From Octopus sinensis (taxonomy: Eukaryota): a DNA stretch of 64,000 nt. Under the pieces are notes generated by a model. The model did not search any database. It had not been told where the DNA came from and saw nothing but the letters and a program-made list of their open reading frames with translations. Within the stretch, counting starts at the first letter, position 1; each line of letters begins with the position of its first letter. The stretch is from contig NC_043007.1 in the NCBI RefSeq assembly GCF_006345805.1, forward strand, positions 48,732,001 to 48,796,000, read 5' to 3'. Made by a program: the position numbers and the translations under genes. This document shows positions 36,480-49,720 of the stretch, in pieces.

Positions 36480-37135
36480 ATACTAATACTGTACTTTACT
36501 CAGAGATACTGTATTTTACCGTACTATACTCTCTTACAATGTATTCCAATGGACTGTACTCTACCATGTGGTACTCTACTACACTGCATGTTGTACTCTA
36601 CCACATTTATTATGTTGACTGGAGTGCAGTATGTACCAAACAGATATTTTCTTCACAGGCAATACGTAGTACATTTTTTTCTTGTAATGTACTGTACTCT
36701 ACCATATTGAATTCTGCCTTATTGTTCTGTAATGTAATGTACCCTACCATACTGTACTGTATTGATTTGTCTTCCTTAAGGCCACATGTTGATGTTGACC
36801 GATGTGTATCTCAAACACTGATGTTTTCCTCATAGTACAGTTTATAGTATTGTGCTCTACTCTACAGTAATGTATTATATTGTAGTATATATTGCAATAT
36901 ACCATATTATAAATTCAAATTACAATGAACGTAAACAAACAAATGAAGTTTGCTTTAGAAGCATTGAGATGTCTTAGAAAGTTAAAGAAGTGATTTTAAA
37001 TTCTCAAATGCAGGATAATGCTAATAATATAGCCTGAACAGGATAAGCTACCCCTATTCTGCAAAGTACTGCACTGCACTATATTATATAATTCACTACT
37101 ATACTATATGCATTTATACAGTACTCTACAAGTAT
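36480..37135. repeat. Degenerate about 5-bp (ACTGT/ACTCT/ACTAT) satellite in the probable COQ6 3' UTR
   Basis: Recurrent GTACT/ACTCTAC/ACTGTA units. Confidence 0.6.
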
Positions 37136-37161
37136 TCTGCTTTATTATTAATTTGTTTGTT

Positions 37162-37167
37162 AATAAA
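37162..37167 (+). promoter_or_regulatory. Candidate polyadenylation signal for COQ6
   Basis: AATAAA about 720 nt downstream of the stop codon; motif only, in AT-rich DNA. Confidence 0.25.
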
Positions 37168-38221
37168 AATCTACAAACAATGTTTTATCCTGATACTTAT
37201 GTAAAAACTTGGAGTTTTGTTAATTGTGTATATACATCTGTGTGTCTTTGTATAAGGGTTTGTATGTATATATATATGTGTATATGTATATATGTAAATG
37301 AACAAGAATATTTGTCAATTTAAATGCTAAACTACCAACCACACAGTCATTGGATCAAGTGTAACCATAGTCAATTGGGATACATAGCTCACACTGCCTC
37401 AGTCGGTGGAGTTGGTACAAGTTTCCAACCCATCATAGTAGAGTGGTGAGTGTCAGCAAGGGCAACCAGCTGTACAAATAAGCATCAGATTATCACATTC
37501 ACATGGGCATACATTCATATACACACACCTGTATGTGTACATATATATATATATAGAGAGAGAGAAACAGACAGACAGAGAAATATAGATATGCTCACAT
37601 ACATCTCTTTTTCCTTTTTGTTTTGATTTTTTACTTGTTTCAGTCATTAATTAGGCTGTGGCCATGCTGAGGCACCACCTTGAAGGATTTTTAGTCAAAT
37701 GTATCAACCCCAGTACTCATTTTTTAAGGCCTGGTACTTATCACCACTAAGTTATGGAGATGTAAACACACCAGCACCACTTGTCTAGCAGTGGGGGGGG
37801 GGCAAACACACACACACGTATGTATATATACATGCATATATATATATATATATATATAAGTAGGTGAATGAATTATCCTAGTATTGATAATTCGGTTAAC
37901 TGATACCTGGGTAGCAAATTCACGTCAGAAAACACGGTTGAAGCTACATGCCAAGGGTAGAAACTCCGTGTTCTTGTGTGGTAATTATATTCATTTTAAA
38001 TATATATATATATATATAATATATAATAATAATAATAATATTAGGGAGTAAATCCAAACTTACAGGGAAAAATTAGATATAAGATTAAATCCAATTTTAT
38101 AGTATAAATATATATATATATTATATTAAATTAGAGATAAAACCACTAGTTATTGGTTTATGATTTTCACTGTTTGATTTGCCTAATAGTGGTTTTATCT
38201 CCAAGTTAATATAATATATAT

Positions 38222-38254
<33 letters not shown>

Positions 38255-38694
38255 GACAGGCTTCTTTCAATTTCCATCAACCGATGTAGTATGGCATGTT
38301 TTGTTCTTTCTGAACAAGCAGAACATTCAGAGCAGGTGCTAGTTAACACAAAATGACATCTTCACCTATAGATTGATTAAATTTGCAACAGCTTATTCCA
38401 AATTGTGTCACCCAAACTTGTTTTCCTGAAGCTGTTCAGAGAAATGCAGAAGTTAACTAGTGACATATTCCCTCTCTCTTACTGTGCCATCTGAAATTTC
38501 AGCTAAAATAAAGTTCAGCTCTTTTAGCAATGAATGTCTTCTTGTTCCCATGAAGAAATCAATCTATAGGTGAAGATACCATTTTGGTGTTAACTGGCCA
38601 CTACTCTGAATGTTCTTTTTATTCAGAAAGAACAGAACATGCCATACTGCAAATAAAAAATTGGTCACTTTCCATAACCACACTTTTCATAACT

Positions 38695-39255
38695 GAAGGA
38701 GTCATACCCAATGACTGGTGTAGAAGCACCATAGTCAACTGCTATAAAGGTAAAGGTGATGCTTTAGATAGAAATAACTACAGGGGTATCAAACTGCTGG
38801 ATCAGTTGATGAAGGTCACGGAGAAGGTCATAGCCCAACTATGACTGGCTCCCATGCTGGTGGCATGTAATAAGCACCATTCATGTGTGGGTCAATGCCA
38901 GTGCCACCTGATTGGCTCCCTGTGCCGGTGGCATGTAAAAAGCACCATCCGAACATGGTTGATGCAGCTCCCCACCCTACCCTGACTGGCCCCTGTGCCG
39001 GTGGCATGTGAAAAAAAACCCATCTGAATGTGGCTGATGCCAGTGCTGCCTGACTGGCTCTTGTGCCAGTGGTACATAAAAAGCACCCACTACACTCTCG
39101 GAGTGGTTGACATTAGGAAGGGCATCCAGCTGTAGAAACCTTGCCAGATCAGATTGGAGCCTGGTGCAGCCTCCTGGCTTGCCAGTTCCCGGTCAAACCA
39201 TCCAACCCATGCCAGCATTGAAAAAGACGTTAATCGATGATGATGATGATGACGA
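38695..39255 (+). mobile_element. Internally deleted RTE: RT segment fused to 3' UTR
   Basis: GVIPNDWCRSTIVNCYKGKGDALDRNNYRGIKLLDQLMKVTEKVIAQL matches the 15895-16785 RT and is directly followed by 3' UTR subrepeats and (GAT)n. Confidence 0.8.
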
Positions 39256-39584
39256 CAATGACATTGGTTAAAGGGAGCCATATTATCAACCTTAATATTC
39301 TTCAAAAGCTACAATCAATATGTGTATGATGAACTAAATACATTAATACTTCACTCAAATTTGAGTAGAGTCACCAGTTTCAAGGAGGTTTGCAAGAATC
39401 TCTCATCTCAACATTGCAGCAATGTCTTTGAATTGTCCTGGTAACTAAATACAGAATGATTCTCCATCTTTTTCTTTTTAAAACATACTATTGTTTGAAT
39501 GAAAAACTGCATTCAAATATTTAACCTAGCTTGTGTTCTAGTTTAATTCTGGCACATGACTTACATTGTCCACCTTTTTTACAT

Positions 39585-39850
39585 TACATATCCTGTAGTC
39601 TGGCTGAATGTTGGGACACCACTGATGACTTTATAACCAGATCCCTCCACTCGTCTCTGTCTTCTGCCTCTCGCAATGCATTTCTCATCTTTAGGCCTGT
39701 CCACTCATAGGTGTTTGTTTCCCCACCTCTTCCTCTGCTACCTTTGAATGTTCCCCGAAGGACTGTCTTGGCCATCTCTGATGAGTGGGTGACGTGCCTG
39801 AACGACCTGAGCTTGTGTTTCTTTACTATGGTAAGAGGTTCCTCATAAAG
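39585..39850 (-). mobile_element. RTE-like 3' coding fragment
   Basis: LTIVKKHKLRSFRHVTH...KTVLRGTFKGSRGRG...AEDRDEWRDLV. Confidence 0.65.
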
Positions 39851-40923
39851 CATAAATATTGCCTTTCACTATTAATACTGCCTCTATTATATATATATAT
39901 ATTTTTAATAATATATTATTATTAATATTAGGAAATCAATATCAAAACTCCTCAGAAAGATATACACATGTGAAGAATGATTGTTGTATTAAAAATATAT
40001 AAATAAATAAATATAAATATATAATGTATATGACACTTTAAAAGTTTTGGATTAATTATTTAAAGCATCTTACAATCATTTCGCAGAAGAGTTGTCCCTA
40101 TAATGAAATCCTATATTGATAAGCATTTATAGACAACTCTTCTGCCTCTGTTACGTTTATATATTTGTTTTGCAAGATTCTGACTACACTGGCAACATGA
40201 CCATTCCTAAATACAACAAAATCTTCTGCCTCTATTACTAATATATATTTTTTGACATCAGTTACAGTTTGAAATTTATAGTGTCTGGTGAAGTTGTGTT
40301 GAATTGTGACTTAAGCTTCAATACTTTTACCTTGTTTCATGATGGCAATTGGAATTTTAAAAACATATTCTGCTGTTTTATGAACATCTGATCTAGAGTA
40401 ACTATTGTAGTATTGTAATTGATGTAATCTGCATTATGGCTGAAGGTGAGATAAGGTCAGTAGCTAGAATGGTTCTCTGTTGAAATACAGAAAGAATATT
40501 TAGGAATGTAGTTTTCTATTTAGGAATGTAATTTTACTCTGTGTATGCCATCAAAATAGTATGAGCAAAGAAATGTTTCCATTGTTACTGTTGTATTTCA
40601 CAGAATTTATTTATTGAAAATTTAGAAAATTTGATAATTATGTCTCAGAATGCACTGTGTTTAAATTTATTTAAATTATTGTTTTCAAATTTTAACTGAA
40701 TAATTGCTGTAATGAGAAACAATTGCTGAGAATCAAATATATTGTTTTATTCATCTAAAAATGTTTAACTTTGGTATTCAAAGTATAAGTGTGAAAATTG
40801 TCTGCTTTTATTGTAAATAGCTGGCTGCTAGCCTTCAACCAAAATAAGGCACATGGACAGGAAATATGGTGATAGATATTTATAGACACATGCACATATT
40901 CATATGTATGTTTGTGTGTGTAA

Positions 40924-40957
<34 letters not shown>

Positions 40958-41023
40958 ATGTATCCATTTCATTTTTCTGTCCATTGTTTTACATGATGGC
41001 ATGAATTGGATAAATGTGTATAA

Positions 41024-41065
<42 letters not shown>

Positions 41066-41068
<3 letters not shown>

Positions 41069-41387
41069 TCAGTGGTTAGAGTATTGCGCTCACAATCATG
41101 AGGTAGTGAGTTTGATCCCTGGACCAGGCTGTGTGTTGTGTTCTTCAGCATGACACTTTACTCCACATTACTCCAATTCACTCAGCTGTAGAAATGAGTT
41201 GTGACATCACTGGTGCCAAGCTGTATTAGCCTTTGCCTTTCCCTTCGTTAACATTGATGGCATGAAGAGGCTGGTATGCATGGGCAACTGCTGATCTATG
41301 AACAACCTTGCCTGGACTTGTGCCTAGGAGGGGAGCTTTCTAGAAGCAATCCTAAGGTCATTCCTGACTGAAGAGGTTCTTTACTCT

Positions 41388-41390
<3 letters not shown>
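41066..41390 (+). mobile_element. tRNA-derived SINE family C
   Basis: Head GGTCAGTGGTTAGAG...GAGTTTGATCCC and core TTACTCCAATTCACTCAGCTGTAGAAATGAGTTG. Antisense copies lie at about 13830-14060 and 42140-42425. Confidence 0.7.
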
Positions 41391-41422
<32 letters not shown>

Positions 41423-42689
41423 GAGACTTCACTGTATTTTTAAGAAGTTCACTTCTGAATCATGTGGTTTGGGGTTCAGTCCCACTGTGCTGTACCTTCT
41501 ACCATACTATAACCTCCAAGCAACTAAACTCTGTTAACAAATCATCTGTTGGGTTTGCACCTTCAAAGACAGAAATGCATACATACATATGATGGGATTC
41601 CATATAGCTTATATCTATCAGATTTCACTTTGAAGATATTCATTAATCTGAGGCTACAGTAGCTTAGTGTATTTCTTCAGTCTTTATGTTCTGAATTCAA
41701 ATTCCACTGAAGTTGACTTTGCCTTTCATCGCTTTTAGAGTTGATAACATAAGTACTATTTGATCAATAGGGTCAATGTAATCAACTGAACCCCTCCCCC
41801 CAAAATTTCTGGCCCTGTGCCAAAATTTGAAACCATTATAGTTGTACATCAATCAAATTAGATAAATCCAATAATGGAAAAGTAATGTTTTAGATTAGTC
41901 CAAAAATGTTTCTATGATGAAGTTTTTCAGGAAGATGTTCAATGCTTTTTAATTGCTCCCCCAAAATTTTAAGAGGTGCCCCTGTACCCCTATTTCGAAG
42001 CCAATGAGCAAGTTGTATTTTATTATGAGTTGGTTTAAAATAATTTATCCTTATTTTTCACTGTCAATGGTTTCTTATTCATGGGTTATAATTCATTTCG
42101 ATCTTCACAATGGTTAAAAAGTCCCTTCATACATTAAAAAGTCCCTTCAGTCATGAATGACCTTGGGATTGCACCTAGAAGTTCCCCACCAAGGCACAAG
42201 TCTGAGTTAGGCTGTTTGTAGAAGACCAGCAATCAACCATACATACTAATCTCTCCTCTCCTTGACACAGGGTGATGTTGCAACTCATTTCTATAGCTGA
42301 GTGAACTGGAGCAACGTGAAATAAAGTGCCTTGCTCAAGAATACAACACACAGTCCAGTCTGGGAATTGAACTCACAATCACTCGATTGTAAGCCCAATG
42401 CTCTAAGCAGTGAGCCATGTGCTTCTCATACATATATAACAACTATTTGGTACAGTTCCACAAGTCACTAATCTATAGAACCATGAAAGAGTGCAGATAG
42501 GATTAGTTTTACTATCTTTGGCAACACTACATAATTTTTTACTGCCTAGTTTCACTCTGTTAGTAGCTGACTATCTTTAAGTGGTTGTGAGACTGCCTTA
42601 CTAAGTTAAAACGGATTCTCAATGCAATATTCAATCATTGTTTATCTATATATTTAGGCTCATGTTCAGGAGATGTTAGGACACAGTGT

Positions 42690-43625
42690 AACAAACAAGT
42701 GAAGTTGTACAGCAAATGCATTTTAAGCTGAAGTTGTGCAGCAGATAGAGTGAAGCTATATAATAAATATACTTTAATTTGAAGATGTAAGGTGGTAAGC
42801 TGACAGAATTGTTAGCATGCAAAATATTTAGCAGCATTTTGTCTGTCTTTATGTTCTGTGTTCAAATTAGGCCAAGGTTGACTTTTCATCCTTTCGGTGT
42901 CCGTAAAATAAGTACCAGTTGAATATTGGGGATGTGTAATTGACTTATCCCCTCCCCTGCACTTCCTGGCCTTGTGCCAAAATATTTAAAACCAATATGA
43001 AGATATGTAACAGAGTAAAGATGTGCAATAGACAATGTGGAATTATACAGTAGATAGTGATCTTATACGTCGTGTCTGCATTAATTAATCTGAAGTTATG
43101 TTACAATGTAGGTGTGCAGCAGTCAATGGAAAATAGAATATATGACAGTAAAATTATACAGCTGTTAGAGTCAGGTTGTGCATGAGGTGCAGGAAAGATA
43201 TGCAGCAGAAAATGTTATATTGTATATAGAATGAAGCAGAGCATTAGACAGTGTAAATTTGATGAGATAATGGAATTTATGTAGAAGATAGAAGGATGCT
43301 GTGCAGTAAATAGATAGAAATTTATGCAGCAGATCGTAAACTTATGCATGCAACAGACAGGAAAGTTATGTAGCAGAAAGATAAAAATATGCAACAGATG
43401 GAATAAAGTTGTGCATCAAAGAAGTTAAAGTTATGCAACATTGTCAAATTGTGCAACAGAGAGAGAGAGAAGCTGTGCAGAAGAGTAAAGTGTTGCAGTA
43501 GACATAGCAAAGTTATGCATGAAAGAGAGAGAGGAAAGCAATGCAGCAAATGAAATGAAACTGTGCAACAGGGGGATATTATGCAGCAGATTAAAGTTTT
43601 GCAGCAAACATTTTTGATGCTGCAG
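42690..43625. repeat. Decayed about 20-bp minisatellite (AAAGTTRTGCAGCAG...)
   Basis: More than 15 spaced variants such as GAAGTTGTGCAGCAG, AAAGTTATGTAGCAG, AAAGTTATGCAACA and AAAGTTTTGCAGCA. Confidence 0.6.
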
Positions 43626-44422
43626 ACAGTCAATTTTCCGATATACATGTTTCCTATTGTAACAACCCACATTATGGCTTCTTCCTCAGTTCCCTGCCCC
43701 ATGACAGGCTCAAAGAAACTGCAAATATCATGGAAGCTCTCCCTGCATTTTTAAGGAGTTTGTTTACCTCATATTATAATAATAATCCTTTCTACTATAG
43801 ACACAATTACATCAACTCCAGTGCATAACTGGTACTTATTTTTTCAACCCCAAAAGGATGAAAGGAAAAGTCGACCCTGGTGGAGTTTGAACTCAGAATA
43901 TAAAGATGGATGAAATGCCACTAAGCATTTTGCCCGGCATGCTAATGATTCTGCCAGCTCGCTGCCTTAGTAATAATAATAATGATTATTTTTTATCTGG
44001 ATACAAGGCCACATATCTTTGAGAAAAAGACAAAGTTGATAGAAAGACCAAATGTAAAATCCTAGCAAAATTTAAACCCAAATGTAATAATAATAATAAT
44101 AATAATAATAGTTTCAAAGTTTGGTACAAGGCCAGCAGTTCTGAGAGAAGAGCAAGTTGATTAGATTGACCCCAGCACTCAACTGGTACTTATTTTATTG
44201 ATCCAAAAAAAGATGAAAGGTTAAGTCAGCTTCAGTGGTATTTAATCTCAGAACATAAAGACAGATAAAATGCTGTTATACAGTTTACCCAGCTGGCTAA
44301 TGATTCTACCAGTCAACTGCCTCAATAATAATCATAAAAATGGTTTCAAATTTTGGTACAAAGCCAGCAAGTTCCTGGGAGGTGGGTTGTTGATTACATC
44401 AATCCTCAGTACTTGACTAGTA

Positions 44423-45315
44423 TGAGATATCAAAAAGTTCCTGGACTAGTTCTGTAGTGTGCCAACAGATAGCAGTATATGGTTGTGTATGAAGTGAGAG
44501 CTAGCTGTGACCTTCATGAAGCAGTGTGCCAAGTGACATCACTGTATTTACTTCACAAGTTGTGAAATTTGTGTTTTTGTGATCATGTGTATGTTGTAGT
44601 CTGTGCTTTTGTGACAGAGAGGAACTAAAAGCCAAAGTGAAATTTTGCATTAAACTTGAGAAATCTGCTACAGACATTGAGCATGCTTCAGTAAGCTTAT
44701 GGTGATGAGGCAATGAGTTGTATGCAATGTTTCATTGGCACAGGTGCTTCAAAAATGGGAGAACGACCCTGGAAGATGATGAGCGATCTAGAAAACCTGC
44801 TATAAGCATCAACCCTGGAAATGTGGTATTGTGCATCAAGAATTCACCCCCAGGGCCAAACCATCAATTGAAATTCTCTTATCATGTTTTGAAGTGTTTG
44901 AAGGAGGACATTTGGCAAAAGCAACTGGATCTGTGGAGTGTAAAGAATTGGATTCTTTACCAAACTCTCCTCACTCATAAGTTTCTTGCCAAAAACAACA
45001 TGGTATCACTTTTGCACCTGCCCTATTCGCCAGATTTAGCACCTGCTGACTTCCATCTCTTTCCAAAGATGAAAATGCAGCTCAAAGGTCACTGTTTTAA
45101 AGCTGTTGTCAGGATCCAGAGCAAATTGCAGAAGGTCCTTGACTCATTTATGGAAAATTATTTCCAGGCCGGATTCCAAAAGTGATAGGAACACTGGCAC
45201 TGATGTTTTGCTGCACAAGGTGACTATTTTGAAGGAGATGATGTTAAAACTTAGGTAAATAAGTCATTTTTTTTATCAACCTTAACTAGTCTGGGAACTT
45301 TTTGTTACCAGCTTG
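44423..45315 (+). mobile_element. Internally deleted mariner of a second subfamily
   Basis: Imperfect TIRs (CAAAAAGTTCCTGGACTAGTT / AACTAGTCTGGGAACTTTTTG) with TA flanks. Fragments include LEDDERSRKP, YSPDLAPADFHLFPKMK and GDYFEGD. Confidence 0.88.
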
Positions 45316-45664
45316 TACTTATTTTATTGACCCCCAAAGTGCTTAGCAAAATTTAAACTCAGAACATAAAAACAGACAAAATGTTGCTAAGCATTCTGCC
45401 CAGTGTGCTAACAATTGTGCCAGCTCACTGTCTTAAATAATAATAGTAATCGTTTCTACTACAGGCACAAGGCCTGACATTTTGGAGTCGGAGATAGTCA
45501 ATTACATCGATCCCAGTACTTTACTGGTACTTAATTTATTGACCCTAAAAAAATGAAAGGTCAAGTTGGCCTCAGTGAGATTTGAACTCAGAATGTAAAG
45601 ACAGATGAAATGTCTCTAAGCAGTTTGTCCAGCATCCAAATGATTCTACCAGCTCACCACCTTT

Positions 45665-45695
45665 AATAATGATGATGATGATGATGATGATGATA

Positions 45696-45740
<45 letters not shown>
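45665..45740. repeat. (GAT)n-(AAT)n microsatellite
   Basis: Seen directly. Other microsatellites include (GA)n at about 10516-10553, (CT)n(TA)n at 18993-19048, (CAT)n at 34630-34695 and many (TA)n/(TG)n tracts. Confidence 0.95.
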
Positions 45741-46960
45741 GTTGGGGTATGATCTGGCGAGTGGTATTGGAAATCTTAACCACCTGCTATTCATGGATGA
45801 TTTGAAGTTGTTCATAAAAAGTGAGACAGAATTGGACAATCTAGTCCAGTCTGTGCAGATTTTCACAACTATTAAGATGAAGTTTAGACTTTTAAAATAT
45901 GCTGTAATGGTGATGAGATGAGAAGAATTTGTTAGAAAAGAAGATATATGTATGCCAAGTGGTGAAATGATGAAGACAATTAAACCTGAATTTCAATATA
46001 AATATCTGGGAATACTTGAGTCAGATGGAATTAATTGTAATGGTATGAAAGAAAAGACACCAAAAGAGTATTTGCAGTGATTGAGGAAAATATTGAATTC
46101 AAAGTTGAATGTGAGAAATATAATTTCAGCAATAAACTCACATGCAGTTGCTATGGTTTAGTATAGTGTTGGAATTCTGAAGTGGACAGAAAAGAGTCGG
46201 TAGGAAGACAAGAAAGCTCCTAACAATGCACAGAGCTCATCATCCACATGCAGACACTGATCACTTATACATGAAGAGAGAAATTGGGGGAAGGAGACTG
46301 ATAAGTGTGAAAAACTGTGTGCATATTGAACTTGGGAACCTGCTAAGGTATCTATCCTACGGTGAGGAAACCTTGCTAGGGGCAGTTAGAGATGAGGGCA
46401 AAAGAAATGATCAAAACACAAAGAACATGAAGAAGCACTATGCGACAAGAGACTACACAATAAGTTCCATGTGGCCAAAACTGAAGTTGGCAGAAAACAT
46501 AGGTAGGACTGGTTGAAGAGGGGAACACGGAAAAAGGAGACCAGGAGCACAATTCTGGCAGTGCAAGACCATGCTTTGGTCACAAATTGGAGGGTTAAAC
46601 TTAGGAATGAGCAAGTGTCTCCACTGTGCCAAATCTGTAATAGAGTTGACAAAACCATTGCCCATATCATGAATGAATGCTCTTCACTTGCCCAAAAACC
46701 ATTACAAGTTGTGGCAACACAATGAGGTAGCAAAAGTGCTACATTGAAAACTTTGTGAAAAGTGGGAGCTAGACATAGACGACATGTGGTATAAGCACAA
46801 ACCACAGAGAGAAGTGGAGTCAGAGAGTTGCAAAATCCTGCGAGATTTCTCAACCCAAACAAACCTGGTGCTTGAGCACATCAAGCCAGACCTTGTGTTG
46901 GTGGCCAAGGTGGACTACATGTGCTCTATAATTGATATTGCATGCTCCTTTGACACACAA
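45741..46960 (+). mobile_element. R4/Dong-like RLE non-LTR retrotransposon fragment
   Basis: NHLLFMDDLKLF, YKYLGILE, GGRRLISV, CQICNRVDKTIAHIMNEC (CCHC) and KPDLVLV...IIDIAC (RLE PD-D), with many lesions. It abuts an (AAT)n tract. Confidence 0.8.
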
Positions 46961-47699
46961 TAGTTGCCACCTTAAAATAATAATGCTGTTCCAAATTTTC
47001 GCAAAGTCAGCAGTTTCAGGGTGAGAGGTTAGTAGATTACATGCACCACACTGTTCAAGTGGCACTTTTATTAACCCTTAAAGGATGAAATTAATAGTAT
47101 TCTTCTATAGGCACAAGGCCTGAAATTTTGATGTTGTAGGCTAGTTGATTACTGTCCCCAGTCAAACTGTCTGATCCAAGCTAGCATGGAACATGGATGT
47201 TAAACGAAAATAATGATGATGTACAGATCATCATCATTGCTTAACATCCATTTTCCATGCAGGCATGGAACTGATGAGCCAGAGGACTGTGCCTAACTCA
47301 AATGTTTGTTTTGGCATGGTTTCAACAGCTGGACACCCTCCCTACCTGACATCAACCACTTTATAGCATGTACCAGGTGCTTTTTTTGTGTGTGTGTGTA
47401 ACATTAGTACAATTTGAGTTACCAAGTAATTTGTAAGCTAAAACCCTCAACTGAGTTGGAGGTATAACATTAAGGGATAAGAACAGGTGTCTTGCTGAAG
47501 AGGAAATACATGGCTTCTCCAACTGAAAAGGGAGAGAGAGATAGTGAGAGTATACTTTCAAGGTACAAGGGTGAATAAGAAAGAGGTTTAAGAAGGTGGA
47601 TGGGTGGATATGTAAGATGGATAGAGATGGGGAATTGAGCTGGATGTGTATGTATGTGTGTATCGCCATCAGTAGCAGCTTTATCTCATTTCTGAGAAT

Positions 47700-48350
47700 T
47701 TAGTTACTTCTTTGCTGAATGCTTCCTTTATGGTATTGACGTTGATGGCTCTGTAGGCCCATTCTTGCATAGAAGAGTTGATGGCATTGACTTCATGATA
47801 TTGTTGGTGGAGGACAATGTTTGATTTTGTCAAGCCTTTCTCTCCTGTCATTTAATTTCTTTATTTTCTCTTCTGATGGCTTCAAAGATTTTGATTCCCA
47901 TAGTGACAGAACACTTCCACTTGGTACAGGTCTCGGGCTTGTGTTTCAAATGATTTAGGCTCAAATCCTGTGGATTTCAGGGTTGTTTTGAGTTGGTGTT
48001 TGTATATTTGAAGAGAGCAACCCCATGGTCTTTTCCCTAAAGTGAGCTTGCTGAATTAGACTTGACTCTTCAGTTATTGCTACATATCCTGACCACTGAA
48101 GACAGTGTTTCTTGATCAGTGATTTGATGTTTTAATAGTTGGACCTTCCAGGACTTTGTTGTTGGTGACATAGTGTTCCCATTTGATGCTCAAGATCGCA
48201 TGAAGCTTTTGTTGGTGAAAGCGTTCTAATTTTTGAATGTTGCATCAATATACAGAGTTCAGGTTTCACAGCATATAGCAAGATTGAAATAAAAACAGCA
48301 TTATAGACCCATAAATTTTGTTGTTAAGTTCAATGTAAATAAAATTTTTC
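47700..48350 (-). mobile_element. RTE (BovB-like) 3' fragment, old
   Basis: Frameshifted translation KLERFHQQKLHAILSIKWEHYVTNNKVL...GKRPWG...YKHQLKTTLK fits the RTE C-terminus. Confidence 0.65.
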
Positions 48351-49204
48351 TCAATGTCAACACAAGAGGGTCAAGGTTCAACAAATATGGTATAAGCTTA
48401 ATGCTTTAATGGAAAGAGAAAGTATCTAACATTTCATATTTGTCCTCCATCAGAAGGAGGAGGAAAACATAAAGGAACTAAGAAAGAGGAATAGTCAGTA
48501 AGGTAGAAATCATCATCCTCATTATCATCGTCATTTTAACATCCACTTTTCCACAGTTGCATTGGTCAGTCACAGTTCATTGAGGCAGACTTTCTACAGC
48601 CTGATGCTCTTCTTGTTACCATCTCTGACTTATTTCCAAGCAAGGTAATATTTCTCCATCAGAGGTTTTCAGAGGACTGAAAACTAACAACATCACTTCT
48701 ATGGCAGTCTTGCTTGTTTACAGCCAACACACGAGGTCAGTACAAGGGTACACACACACATATGTATGTGTATACATGATGGGCTTTCAGTGTCTTTCTA
48801 CTATATCCATTCACAAAGCTTTGGTTGGCCAAGGGCTGTAATAGAAGACAAATTGCCCAAGGTAACATGCACCACATGGTTGGAAAGCAGCTTCTAAACC
48901 ACACAGCTATGCTTGCACATATTTATCATCGTCATCATCATTATAATCATTTAACGTCCGCTTTCCATGCTGGTGTGAGTTGGACAGTTTGCCTGGAGCT
49001 GGTAAAGCCAGAGTCTGCACCAGATCCCATTGTCAGTTTTGGCATGGTTTCTACAGCCGGATGCCCTTCCTAACACCAACCACTCCATGTGTGTGCACAT
49101 GCATTCATGTCAATTTATTTGTCTGTGTTTACATGTTTATAACTTTTGTTGTAAATCAGTGAGGGATGTGTACATTGGAAAACTAAGTTCATTGATTTAC
49201 ACAA

Positions 49205-49720
49205 ATGCCACTGTGGATGCACTGTGAATTCTTTTGGCCTTCACCTATTGTCATGCTATTATAGTGTTGGTCACCTTCCACACCATGCCACCCTTAGCAA
49301 AATCATAAAGCATGGCTTAGACACTGCAGGCTTCTCTTCCCAACTCAAACCAGCAAGGTTAGACCAAAAGAACAGTAAAAGGCCTGATGTATGACAATTT
49401 TCCCATTCCATGGCAATGTTACTTGCTGTGACACCTTCTCCAGTGGCAACTTGGTGTATTCAGTTACCAGCCCAGGCTCCATTGCTCATCAGGCTGAGAA
49501 AAGCAACCTGTTAAAGTATTGTTTGCTCTCTGACAGGTTTATAGTTGAGCCTCAGGTAGTAGAGACCTCTGGTTTTCTCAGCCCCCAGACCATACTCCTG
49601 CTCACCGTTATCAGGGCAGAGATGGTTATCTGCAAGTGTAAGTCCCATGAGTAGCTGCTCCAGCACATCTCCCTCACTTTCCTCTGGAGCAAAAACTTTT
49701 CCACTTTGTCTGCTGGGACC
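49205..49720 (+). mobile_element. CRE-clade-like non-LTR retrotransposon C-terminal remnant (zinc finger + RLE)
   Basis: CHCGCTVNSFGLHLLSC...HATLSKIIKHGLDTAG...RLDQKNSKRPD, then (frameshift) MTIFPF...VTCCDTF...AEKSNLLKY...VETSG. This matches the recalled KRPDG..T..PW..WD.TC.DT...AE..K..KY...ET.G RLE pattern. Confidence 0.62.
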
